This document shows, one piece after another, positions 27,334-35,278 of a stretch of 64,000 bases of DNA. Position numbers and translations under genes: made by a program. The notes below the pieces were generated by a model. It was not told the DNA's origin. It was given only the letters and a program-made list of their open reading frames with translations, and did no database searches. Source of the DNA: Thermoplasmata archaeon (lineage in GTDB: Archaea; Thermoplasmatota; Thermoplasmata; RBG-16-68-12); NCBI GenBank assembly GCA_035636595.1, contig DASPYU010000017.1, positions 64,040 to 128,039 on the forward strand. Reading direction: 5' to 3'. Numbering within the stretch: the first letter of the stretch is position 1; the number at the start of each line of letters is the position of its first letter.

Positions 27334-27903
27334 TCAGCGGAGGAGTCCGGCGGATTTCAACTCGGCCGTGACCTTCTGGACCGCCTGCTCGACGTCCGAG
27401 GGCTTCCGGGCGCCCGTGCAGACGAGCTTCCCGCTGCCGAACAACAAGACGACCACCTTCGGCTCGTCGATGCGGTAGACGAGGCCGGGAAATTGCTCCG
27501 GTTCGTACTCCACCTTTCCGCCGCCGAGGGAGATCGCGACCGCATTCAGGTCGATCGGCGCCTCGAGGTCCGAGGTCGCGACGATGTTCTGGACCTCGAT
27601 CTGCAGGTTCTTCTTGACCGGTATGCCCGCGGCCTCAATCTGCTTCGCGACGAGGTCGATGGCGATCTTCACGTGCTCCGGGCTCTTTGCACCCGTGCAC
27701 ACGACCTTGCCGCTGCGGAACAGGAGGATCGCCGTCTTCGGTTCCTTCAGGCGGTAGATCAGTCCCGGGAATTGCTCCGGCTCATATTCCGCGCCGCCGA
27801 GGGCGAGGGCGATCGCCGGCAAGTCGAGCGCGTCCCCTAGGGAAGTCGAGGCGACCACGTTCTCGATCTGGATTTTCGCCGAAGAACCACCTCCGAGGGC
27901 CAA
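27334..27903 (-). CDS. tbp: TATA-box-binding protein (TBP)
   Basis: Two direct TBP repeats are present (IENVVASTSLG...EQFPGLIYRL / VQNIVATSDLE...EQFPGLVYRI). Confidence 0.9.
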   Translation of the reverse strand: MALGGGSSAKIQIENVVASTSLGDALDLPAIALALGGAEYEPEQFPGLIYRLKEPKTAILLFRSGKVVCTGAKSPEHVKIAIDLVAKQIEAAGIPVKKNLQIEVQNIVATSDLEAPIDLNAVAISLGGGKVEYEPEQFPGLVYRIDEPKVVVLLFGSGKLVCTGARKPSDVEQAVQKVTAELKSAGLLR

Positions 27904-28010
27904 GGGCCTGCGTCGCGGCCGGTCCGCTCGGAGGGAAGTCAGCTGGTGCCCTAAATAGTTAGGTCACGTACGTGGCGTCTTTCCGAGCAGGCGCGAACGA
28001 GGACGACGCG

Positions 28011-28036
28011 GGTACGGGCCTCCCGGGATTCGAACC
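28011..28036 (-). repeat. tRNA-3'-end-like fragment (minus strand reads GGTTCGAATCCCGGGAGGCCCGTACC), direct-repeat copy A
   Basis: A T-loop-like GGTTCGAATCC is followed by a GC-rich acceptor-like strand. No complementary 5' half is present. It is similar to copy B (28881-28907). Confidence 0.45.
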
Positions 28037-28061
28037 ATTCCCTTGGAATGCCTGTCAATCA
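28035..28061 (+). repeat. left terminal inverted repeat (ccattcccttggaatgcctgtcaatca)
   Basis: 24 of 27 positions match the reverse complement of 28856-28882. Confidence 0.5.
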
Positions 28062-28521
28062 AGCGGGATTGAATTTCGGGACCCGTGGCATCTTTCCCTC
28101 ATGTCCGCCCTCAGGGGTGGGCGCCTTACCTTTTTGCGCTCCGGCGTCATGGCGGGCGCGCATGGCACCCGTGGACATGACCTATACGGCCCGATGCCCC
28201 AAATGCGGCTCGGGATACGAAGGCACGGACGCGCAGGCGTTCACGGCCTTCACGCAAGAGCACGACCGGCATGGTGTCGAGATGCGTAGCACGGCCCGAT
28301 GCTCTGGATGCGGGGCTAGTTACGAGGGAACGGACAAGAGCGCTTGGACGGATTTCATGACGGAGCACGCGGTGCACGGGGTTCGTTGTGCCAAATGTGG
28401 AGAGCAGCTCTCGTTCGTCGGTCAGGTAGGGACGTGTCCACGATGCGGTAAGAAAGAGACCGTCAGGGTCACCCTGCACGTCGAAAGGCGGAAACTCGGA
28501 CACACCTTCTTCGGACGATAG
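28048..28521 (+). CDS. zinc-ribbon protein with an internally duplicated ~40-aa CxxC module
   Basis: The motif ARC(P/S)xCG(S/A)xYEGTDxxA(F/W)T(A/D)F(T/M)xEH.(R/V)HGV occurs twice. A third CxxC...CPRCG ribbon follows. The start is probably an internal ATG (MAPVDMTY...). Confidence 0.4.
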   Translation: MPVNQAGLNFGTRGIFPSCPPSGVGALPFCAPASWRARMAPVDMTYTARCPKCGSGYEGTDAQAFTAFTQEHDRHGVEMRSTARCSGCGASYEGTDKSAWTDFMTEHAVHGVRCAKCGEQLSFVGQVGTCPRCGKKETVRVTLHVERRKLGHTFFGR

Positions 28522-28858
28522 CACCGTCGGCCGGATCTCGGCCTGGACCCGTCGAAGGTCGAAGCTCTCATTCCGAACGAGAGCGGCGCGTGCTTACTCG
28601 GAAGCGGGATGGAGACGGAGACGAGCAAAGACTTTCGCGGAAGCCGGAATCGAGCGCGCGAATTTCCGTTTCCTGAGGCCGAGCTTCGCGCAATGGCTCA
28701 AGGACCGCGGCGCGCCCATCGAGGCCGTGAGCAAGGCCCTCCGACATAGCTCAACGGCAACGACGGAGCGATTCTACGCAGGCATCCGCACGGAGCGCGC
28801 CTGGGACGATCTAGAGCGCGTTTGGGAGACTCCCATCGTGCGACTCAATTCCCCGTGA
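28430..28858 (+). pseudogene. tyrosine recombinase (integrase) C-terminal catalytic-domain fragment, degenerate
   Basis: In frame +2 (no start codon): ...FRFLRPSFAQWLKDRGAPIEAVSKALRHSSTATTERFYAGI aligns to the integrase box II consensus HDLRHTFAT-LL-G-I-V-LLGHSS-TTERYAH. Catalytic His/His are replaced, Tyr is retained, and the N-terminal domains are missing. Confidence 0.5.
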
Positions 28859-28882
28859 TTGACACGGATTCGAAGGGAATGG
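28856..28882 (-). repeat. right terminal inverted repeat (plus strand tgattgacacggattcgaagggaatgg)
   Basis: Its reverse complement matches 28035-28061 at 24 of 27 positions. It abuts the stop of the integrase fragment. Confidence 0.5.
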
Positions 28883-28907
28883 TACGGGCCTGCTGGGGTT
28901 CGAACCC
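28881..28907 (-). repeat. tRNA-3'-end-like fragment (minus strand reads GGGTTCGAACCCCAGCAGGCCCGTACC), direct-repeat copy B
   Basis: The T-arm folds perfectly (CTGGG-TTCGAAC-CCCAG) and is followed by an acceptor-like CAGGCCCG. No 5' acceptor partner is found upstream. Confidence 0.45.
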
Positions 28908-29030
28908 AGGTCAGAGGCTCCGGAGGCCTCCGTCCCACTCCCCGGAGCCATATGGATACTGCCGTTTTCGAGGCTGCGGAAGACGGTGTTGGGACCTTGG
29001 AATGCCCACGATCATGCCTGAGGGGAGGGA

Positions 29031-29777
29031 CTATTCAGTATCCCATCGATCTTTCGCAGCCCACCGAATCACGATGCCACCGTCTGGTAGCGCTTTGTTC
29101 CAGTGTCCAAACCGATTGAGGTCGCGGAGATCGGCCCGACCGATCAAGCCCTCCCCGATGAAAACGAACTCGTTCGCAAGCGGAAACTTTCCGTCGAGCA
29201 GGCGGTCGTATGACATGTCGGATGAATTCGTTTCATCGTCCATCCACCCGAAGTACGGCTTCACGTGGTTGTAGATGCTCTCCGCGAGCGCCAGGATTCG
29301 TTGCAAGTTCCGCTCGTGCGTTTCGTTCTTGCCGTACATAAGCACGAACTCTTGGAACATCGTGATGTTGATGCAGATGCGGCGACCTATCCTCGGATCT
29401 TCCACCGGGCCGAAGCGTAAGCAAATCTCGTTGGCCTCTTCCAGAAGGTCCCCTCCATGTTGAGATATCTTGTCGCGAACCTCCGGGTCGAACTCGAACG
29501 GGTAAGAGAAAATGAGTTGAACATCCGGCCATGCCACTTCCAGCCTAGCGGCGGCATTGGTTGCGAGTTCTTGCGCGCGCAGCAAGTCCAACACCCGGTC
29601 CTCTCTCGTCACGCGCTGGTGCATGTGGTCCTGCATTGTGTCCTGTGTCGTGAACAAGCGGACGCGCTTGTATCTGCAGCCTGAGTCCAACAGCGCGTGC
29701 ACTGATTCCGCGACTACGTTCGCCGATGACGCGAGCGCGGGGTCAACGTAGAATTCGATCCAGTAAAGCGCGGGCAT
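29031..29777 (-). CDS. hypothetical protein (within the lower-GC island adjacent to tRNA-Arg)
   Basis: 248-aa ORF with mixed composition in a segment of about 52% GC. No recognisable motifs. Confidence 0.4.
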   Translation of the reverse strand: MPALYWIEFYVDPALASSANVVAESVHALLDSGCRYKRVRLFTTQDTMQDHMHQRVTREDRVLDLLRAQELATNAAARLEVAWPDVQLIFSYPFEFDPEVRDKISQHGGDLLEEANEICLRFGPVEDPRIGRRICINITMFQEFVLMYGKNETHERNLQRILALAESIYNHVKPYFGWMDDETNSSDMSYDRLLDGKFPLANEFVFIGEGLIGRADLRDLNRFGHWNKALPDGGIVIRWAAKDRWDTE

Positions 29778-30077
29778 GACTCCATTCTAAATGTCCACGC
29801 GTCTCATAAAAGGAGGTATCTGTTCATCAAGCGGAGCCAAGTAGAGAGCACGGAGGTGATTTCGCCCTGCCCATCGTGTCCGGCAGCAAGCGGGTGGCAG
29901 TCTCCAGCTACCGCTCGGAGCAATGGCATGCAACCCGAGTCGGCGTGTATCGCCATCCAATCTACTGCCAGCTTCGTGGACTAATTATCACTCTGTTCGG
30001 AGCTTCGGCCCTTACCATTTTGAGGGCGGATTAATCGAGAGCGCCCTGACCAAGAGGTACCTGACGCCCCGAGGAAA

Positions 30078-30151
30078 CGCCCCCGTTGGGATTTGAACCC
30101 AAGTCCACAGGTCCGGAGCCTGTAAGTCTATCCAAACTAGCCTACGGGGGC
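30078..30151 (-). tRNA. tRNA-Arg (anticodon CCG)
   Basis: The acceptor GCCCCCG/CGGGGGC, anticodon stem ACAGG/CCTGT with loop CTCCGGA, and T-arm TTGGG-TTCAAAT-CCCAA fold perfectly. The D-arm has one mismatch. CCA is not encoded. Confidence 0.75.
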
Positions 30152-30341
30152 GCGAGCCTGAATTGGGAGGGGGATTAAAGACCCTCGGGGGACCGCGCCC
30201 GCGGCCTGACCGCCCGTAGATGAGGAGGTCTGGCTCATGATACTGTCCTATCCAAGCTAGACGACAGGCCCTGGCGCCGCCGAAAGATTGCCGCGGGTTA
30301 AGGCTTTCCCTCCAAGGCCCAGACTCGACACACGTTTAGGC

Positions 30342-31097
30342 TCACGGCTGCGGAGGCGGTACGGTTTTCTTTCGGCGGGCTACCAAGATGATTGCCGCAA
30401 CAATCGCGAGGACCACCGGGACAATCGCGAGCCAGATCCAGCTCGGAAGGACGCCGGGACTTGGAGTCGGAGTCGGAGACGATCCTGGATTTCCGGGCAC
30501 TTCCCAGCCGAAGTCCTCGTACGTGTACGTCGGCCCGCGCTGGGTCGCCGTCGCATCGATGTTCCATGCGCTGATCGTTCCGAGGAGGGACTTCGCGACA
30601 TTGATCTGCAAGCGGTTCTGCACGGTCGGGTTCGGACCCGCCGATGTGATTGCGCTGTTGCCGCTGATGTTGATCGGATTGAAGCCGGTCGCGTTCGATG
30701 TGAGGACTGTCGAACCATTCACATACGTCACGACAAAGTGGCTCGTGTTGTCGGCGCGGGTGAAGAGGCGCATCCGGTACGACGTGTTGTCGAGGTTCGA
30801 GATGCTCCCCTTGACCTCAAGCGTCAAGGTGACGTTCGCGGATGCGTTCGCGGAACGAACCCAGAGGAGGTTGACGGTGTCCGGGAACGGACTCATCGTC
30901 AGGTTTCCGGTGGGCGAGGGCACCGGAGTCATGTTCAGGGTCCACAGCTTCACGACGTCGCTCGCCGGATCGCTATAGTTCAGGTAGAACGAGATTCCCG
31001 AAGGCATCGGCGCCACGGGAGCGGCGGAGACCGAGATGGCGGCGGCCGCAAGCGATACCAATCCCAGCGCGAGGAGGAACGTAGCAACGGCCTTCAT
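30342..31097 (-). CDS. secreted sequon-rich surface (glyco)protein with C-terminal TM anchor, paralog 1
   Basis: Signal peptide MKAVATFLLALGLVSLAAAA, at least 12 N-x-S/T sequons, and a C-terminal GVLPSWIWLAIVPVVLAIV plus basic tail. About 60% identical to the next gene. Confidence 0.55.
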   Translation of the reverse strand: MKAVATFLLALGLVSLAAAAISVSAAPVAPMPSGISFYLNYSDPASDVVKLWTLNMTPVPSPTGNLTMSPFPDTVNLLWVRSANASANVTLTLEVKGSISNLDNTSYRMRLFTRADNTSHFVVTYVNGSTVLTSNATGFNPINISGNSAITSAGPNPTVQNRLQINVAKSLLGTISAWNIDATATQRGPTYTYEDFGWEVPGNPGSSPTPTPSPGVLPSWIWLAIVPVVLAIVAAIILVARRKKTVPPPQP

Positions 31098-31222
31098 GCC
31101 TTCCCGTGGAGGCGCCTCGGGAGTTAAGCCAAATTGAACGCTTATCGAAAGTTGAAATGAGGGCCGGAAGACCCGGAGGGCGACGAGCGAACGACTGCGA
31201 GGTGCTCGCGCCAATCCTCGCA

Positions 31223-31954
31223 CTATTTCGCGGGCGGCTCCCGCCCACTCCGCTGGTGACGGACCAGCACGAAGATGACCACCGCGATCGCGATGACGAC
31301 GGGCGCGACCGCCAGCCAGATCCAGTCCGGCAGAACGACTCCGAACTGGGATGCGGGCGGCCCAGATCCGGGACTCCCCGAGACGGCCCAGCCGTAGTCG
31401 CGATATGTGTACGTGAGGCCGCGCTGGGTCGCGGTCGCGTCGATGTCCCACGAGGTGATCGGCCCGAGCAGGGACTTCGCGACGGTGAGGACTAGGGTAT
31501 TCAGCAGCGCGGGGTTCGAGCCGGTCGACACGATCGCGCTGTTCCCGCTGATGTCCACCGGGTTGAACCCGGTCGCGTTCGACGTCAAGACCGTCGAGCC
31601 GTTGACGTAGGTGACAATGAAGTGACTCGTATTGTCCACCCGGGTGTAGAGCCGCATCTCGTACGTCGTGTTGTCGAGGTTTGCGATCGACCCCTTCACC
31701 TGGAAGGTCACGTTCACGCTCGCCGAAACGTTCGCGGATCGGATCCGGAGCAGGTTCACGCTGTCCGGGAACGGGGTCAGCGTCAGATTGCCATCCGGCT
31801 GCAGGACGGGCGTCATGTTACTCGTCCACAGTTGCACGACATCGCTCGCGGGGTCGCTGTAGTTCCGGTCGAACGACACGGTGGACGCGGCCCCCGGAAT
31901 CGCCGCGGAGGCGATTAGGGCGAGGAGGAGAAGACCTGCGGAAAAAGCCCTCAT
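31223..31954 (-). CDS. secreted sequon-rich surface (glyco)protein with C-terminal TM anchor, paralog 2
   Basis: Signal peptide MRAFSAGLLLLALIASAA, a GGGAGG Shine-Dalgarno upstream, many N-x-S/T sites, and the same C-terminal VLPDWIWLAVAPVVIAI anchor. Confidence 0.6.
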   Translation of the reverse strand: MRAFSAGLLLLALIASAAIPGAASTVSFDRNYSDPASDVVQLWTSNMTPVLQPDGNLTLTPFPDSVNLLRIRSANVSASVNVTFQVKGSIANLDNTTYEMRLYTRVDNTSHFIVTYVNGSTVLTSNATGFNPVDISGNSAIVSTGSNPALLNTLVLTVAKSLLGPITSWDIDATATQRGLTYTYRDYGWAVSGSPGSGPPASQFGVVLPDWIWLAVAPVVIAIAVVIFVLVRHQRSGREPPAK

Positions 31955-32030
31955 GACCTCCCTTTCCCCGTATTTCCAGCGGATAAGGAAGACGGGCCGA
32001 TTATCGGAAACCTGAATTGTGCGCTGATGC

Positions 32031-32219
32031 TCACTTCTTGGCGAATTCCGTGTAGCCGCAGCGGCCGCACGACATTCGGTCCGCGTGCTTCGCGAGGAAC
32101 ACCCCGGCGCCGCACTTCGGGCAGTTCGCGCGGTCCCGGAAGATGCGGGTCCCGTCGATCCGGTAGAATTTCCGCTTGAGGCCGGCGGTCCCCTTTTCTT
32201 TCTTCGCTTCCGCCATCAC
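32031..32219 (-). CDS. rps27ae: 30S ribosomal protein S27ae
   Basis: 62 aa with the zinc ribbon [27 protein letters not shown]. Confidence 0.8.
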   Translation of the reverse strand: MMAEAKKEKGTAGLKRKFYRIDGTRIFRDRANCPKCGAGVFLAKHADRMSCGRCGYTEFAKK

Positions 32220-32755
32220 TTCGCCTCTTTCTTCTTGCCCTCGGCCTTCTTCTCCTTTGGCTCCGCCTTCTTCTCGTCCTTCTTTTCGTCTTTCTTCTCG
32301 GCGGGCTTCTTCTCGTCCTTCGCCGGCGTCTTCTCCGGCTTCGCCTCGTGCTTGGGCTCAGGCTTGGTCTCGGGCTTCGGCGGCTCGGCCTTCGGGGCGG
32401 CCGCGGGCTTCTCGGCCCTCGGCGCGGGTGCCGGCTTCTCCGGTTTCGCCGCGCCCTCCTTCTTGACCTCGGGTTCGATGAGTTTGTTGCGGACCAGGAT
32501 GTGCTTGCGCTCCACCGCGAGCGCCTCTTCTTTCGACCGGTACACCTTCGCGTAACCGTGGGTCTCGTACCGGCCGAACGTTGATGCCTGCGAGTCGATC
32601 ACGACGATGTCCTTGGTCGCCTTCAGCTCGCGTGCGAGGAACGCGCGCAGCGCGTCCCGGGTCGGCGTCGGCTCGGCTTTGTGCACCGCCTTGAACGTGA
32701 CCTCGACCCGCTTCAAGAGCGCGTTCTCTTTCCGCGCGAGGACCTGGAGTTCCAT
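32216..32755 (-). CDS. rps24e: 30S ribosomal protein S24e with ~80-aa K/P/E/A-rich C-terminal extension
   Basis: The N-terminal ~100 aa match S24e ([21 protein letters not shown]...GYAKVY). The tail is low-complexity KPE/KAE repeats. Confidence 0.75.
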   Translation of the reverse strand: MELQVLARKENALLKRVEVTFKAVHKAEPTPTRDALRAFLARELKATKDIVVIDSQASTFGRYETHGYAKVYRSKEEALAVERKHILVRNKLIEPEVKKEGAAKPEKPAPAPRAEKPAAAPKAEPPKPETKPEPKHEAKPEKTPAKDEKKPAEKKDEKKDEKKAEPKEKKAEGKKKEAK

Positions 32756-32758
32756 CGG

Positions 32759-33304
32759 TTACCGTTCCATGCGCCGGAGGATGTCGAGCACCTTCGATTT
32801 CGCCGTCGGGTCTGCCCGCACGACCACGACGCCCTGGGACGGCATGCCATACAACACGGCGGCCGAGTCGGGCGCGAGGGCGAGGCAGACCAGGGTGAGA
32901 AGGTCCTCTTCGCCCCGGACTTCGACGCGTACCCGCTCGTTCGATTTAAAGGCTTCGCCGAGTGCGCTCCATGCATCGGGCATGATCGTCGCGGCGGGAT
33001 TCGTGACGCGCAGCACCTTCGAGCCGATCCGTTGCAACGCCTCGCGGAGCTCCGGGTCCTCCTGGCGTTTCGTCTTGAAGTCGACGACGCAGATGTCCGG
33101 CGTGCGGCCGCGCGCGACGAGGTCGAGCGTGCAGAAATCCCCGACCGTCACGACGGGCGACGCGCGCCCGATCGTCGGCAGGATGTCCGGCCCGTGGACG
33201 AGCGGGCCCATCGGCCACCGGAGGAACTCGCGCAGCGAATCGGGAAGGCGCAACGTCCGGCCCGCGAACTCATCGAACGCGGAGCGCGAACTTCCCGTTG
33301 ACAT
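32759..33304 (-). CDS. DUF359 family protein (archaeal GTP-dependent dephospho-CoA kinase-like)
   Basis: 181 aa. The conserved neighbourhood spt4-DUF359-rps24e-rps27ae is present, along with a TVGDFCT...DICVVDFKTKR motif. The start is uncertain because it overlaps the spt4 stop by 35 nt. Confidence 0.5.
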   Translation of the reverse strand: MSTGSSRSAFDEFAGRTLRLPDSLREFLRWPMGPLVHGPDILPTIGRASPVVTVGDFCTLDLVARGRTPDICVVDFKTKRQEDPELREALQRIGSKVLRVTNPAATIMPDAWSALGEAFKSNERVRVEVRGEEDLLTLVCLALAPDSAAVLYGMPSQGVVVVRADPTAKSKVLDILRRMER

Positions 33305-33461
33305 GGATGCCCATCTTCTTCGCGATCTCGGACCGCGGATGGTCCACGATGATCACGTAGCCCTGCCAGTCCTTCGAGGTCTCGCCGCCGCACAGGGGGC
33401 ACTTGTCCTCGTCCGTCACGTGACCGCAGTTCTTGCACGCCTTGGGGATCTTCACGACCAT
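33270..33461 (-). CDS. spt4: transcription elongation factor Spt4 (RpoE2)
   Basis: 63-aa zinc ribbon CKNCGHV...CPLCGG, downstream of rpoE'. Confidence 0.7.
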   Translation of the reverse strand: MVVKIPKACKNCGHVTDEDKCPLCGGETSKDWQGYVIIVDHPRSEIAKKMGIHVNGKFALRVR

Positions 33462-33464
33462 GGC

Positions 33465-34043
33465 TCAGCCTTTCCTCTTCCTCACGCGGCCTTCCGCCCT
33501 TGCCCGGTCCTCTTCGATCCAGTCGAGCTTGCCGAGCGCCGGTTGGCGCATCGTCAGGCCGATCTTCGATTCGCGCGGGGCCCGTTCGTTCAGGGAGACG
33601 GCGACGATGCGGGTGCGGAGCTTGTCCCCGATCCGCAGGTCGCGCTTCGTGTCCTTGCCGATGAGCCGCTGGCCCTCCTCGTCGACGTCGACGCGATCGT
33701 CCATGACTTGGGAGATGTGCAGGAGGCCGTCCAGAGGACCGAATCGCACGAAGGCGCCGAACTTAAGGATTTCCACCACGGTGCCCTCGACGATCTCCTG
33801 GAGGGCCGGCGCGAAGACGAGGGCGTCGTACCGCACGCGCTGGTACACGGCGCCGTCCCCGTGGACGATCCGCCCTTCCCCCACGCGCTCGATGTTGCTC
33901 GCGACGAGGGTGAGGGTCTTGTCCGCGCCGATCTTGCCTTCGAGCGTCGTCCGGGTGAGCTCCCGCGCGACCGCGTCGATGTCCTCGCCGAGGCGTTCCG
34001 GCGGGATTCGGACGGTGTCCTCCCGCTGGACCCTCTGGTACAT
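33465..34043 (-). CDS. rpoE: DNA-directed RNA polymerase subunit E' (Rpo7), S1 domain
   Basis: MYQRVQREDTVRIPP... followed by an S1-like C-terminal domain. The start is an internal ATG. The upstream 30 codons of the raw ORF are unsupported. Confidence 0.75.
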   Translation of the reverse strand: MYQRVQREDTVRIPPERLGEDIDAVARELTRTTLEGKIGADKTLTLVASNIERVGEGRIVHGDGAVYQRVRYDALVFAPALQEIVEGTVVEILKFGAFVRFGPLDGLLHISQVMDDRVDVDEEGQRLIGKDTKRDLRIGDKLRTRIVAVSLNERAPRESKIGLTMRQPALGKLDWIEEDRARAEGRVRKRKG

Positions 34044-34258
34044 GAGAACCGACCGGCGGCTGTACCGCTCCCCCGTATTTAGGGCTTTACGTGCCGCGCG
34101 TCCCCGCGCGGTCCGATGCGGCGATGACCGCACGCTCTCCGGATGGTCGGAGCGAGACCTGCCTCTAGGTTATTATGGCCATTGCGGCTTTACGGCATGG
34201 GTTGAGCGCGGTCCGGGCCCCACCGCCAATGTCACGGGGCCGAGGGAGGTGAGGGTTC

Positions 34259-35278
34259 GTGGGTCGTAACAACAGCGACCTGATCCTGTTCGTCGGGAAG
34301 CGCCTCCTGCAGCTGCTCCCGGTCGTCCTCGGCGTGATCGTGATCACGTTCTTTTTCACGCACGTCGCCGTCCAGAATCCTTGCGCGATCTGGGCGGGGC
34401 CGCACGCGACGCAGGACCAGATCCAGCAGTGCATCGTGCGCTTCGGCCTGGACCGGCCGCTGATCGACCAGTTCGGGACGTATCTGTCGAGCCTCGTCTC
34501 GGGCGACTGGGGGAACAGCCCCCGTGGCGTGCCCGTGCTCCTCTCGATCTCCTCGGCGTTCCCGGCGACCCTCGAGCTCGTCCTCGCCGCGCTCCTGATC
34601 ATGACGGTCATTGGGATCCCGCTGGGCGTCATCGCGGCGAACGGCTCCGGGCGATGGGCCGACCATTTGGTGCGGACCTTTTACTTGAGCGGCTGGGCGA
34701 CTCCGACGTACCTGGGAGGCGTCGTCCTCGCGATTGCGATCGGCCCCGCGCTCGGACTCCCGACGAAGGGCGACTTCACGAGCACCCCGACGTTCGCGAC
34801 GCCCACGCATATGTCCGTCCTCGATGCCCTCCTGGCGCTGAACTTCCCCGCCGTGGCCGACGCGATCGTCCACCTCATCCTGCCGGCGTCCTCCCTCGCC
34901 TTCCTCAATCTCGGCATCGCGACGCGCATGACTCGGACCTCCATGCTCGAGGTCCTCCCGCTGGACTTCGTCAAGACCGCGCGGATGAAGGGGCTCTCGG
35001 ACTTCCTCGTCCTCTACAAGCATGCCCTTCGGAATTCCCTCATCTCGACGACCACGATCTTGGGGCTCACCGCCGGCGTGCTGCTCTCGGGGACCGTCGT
35101 CATCGAGGAGATCTTTCAGTGGCCGGGGATCGGCGCGTACGCGTTCGACGCGATCACCGGGTACAATTTCAACGGCACGATCGCCGTGGTCATCGTCTTC
35201 GCGATCGCCGTCGTCGTCTCGAACCTGATCTCGGACGTCCTGTACGGCCTCCTCGATCCGCGGGTGGAGTGGCGGTAG
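34259..35278 (+). CDS. oppB: oligopeptide/dipeptide ABC transporter permease (OppB/DppB-like)
   Basis: About 6 TM helices. A BPD_transp_1 EAA-like loop region is present. Confidence 0.8.
   Translation: MGRNNSDLILFVGKRLLQLLPVVLGVIVITFFFTHVAVQNPCAIWAGPHATQDQIQQCIVRFGLDRPLIDQFGTYLSSLVSGDWGNSPRGVPVLLSISSAFPATLELVLAALLIMTVIGIPLGVIAANGSGRWADHLVRTFYLSGWATPTYLGGVVLAIAIGPALGLPTKGDFTSTPTFATPTHMSVLDALLALNFPAVADAIVHLILPASSLAFLNLGIATRMTRTSMLEVLPLDFVKTARMKGLSDFLVLYKHALRNSLISTTTILGLTAGVLLSGTVVIEEIFQWPGIGAYAFDAITGYNFNGTIAVVIVFAIAVVVSNLISDVLYGLLDPRVEWR

Larger units (their letters stand above)
28035..28882. mobile_element. 848-bp TIR-bounded element remnant carrying a Zn-ribbon repeat ORF and a degenerate tyrosine-recombinase catalytic domain
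   Basis: 27-bp imperfect terminal inverted repeats are flanked externally by tRNA-3'-like imperfect direct repeats. GC is lower (about 58%), and an integrase C-terminal motif is present inside. Confidence 0.4.

Noticed and set aside
28011-28036. Intact tRNA gene (minus strand) suggested by GGTTCGAATCC
   Set aside because: The 5 nt before the T-loop (AATGG) cannot pair with CCCGG, and no complementary 5' acceptor strand (GGGCCTC) exists within 150 nt. The same holds for copy B at 28881-28907 despite its perfect T-arm. Both are treated as tRNA-derived fragments or repeats.
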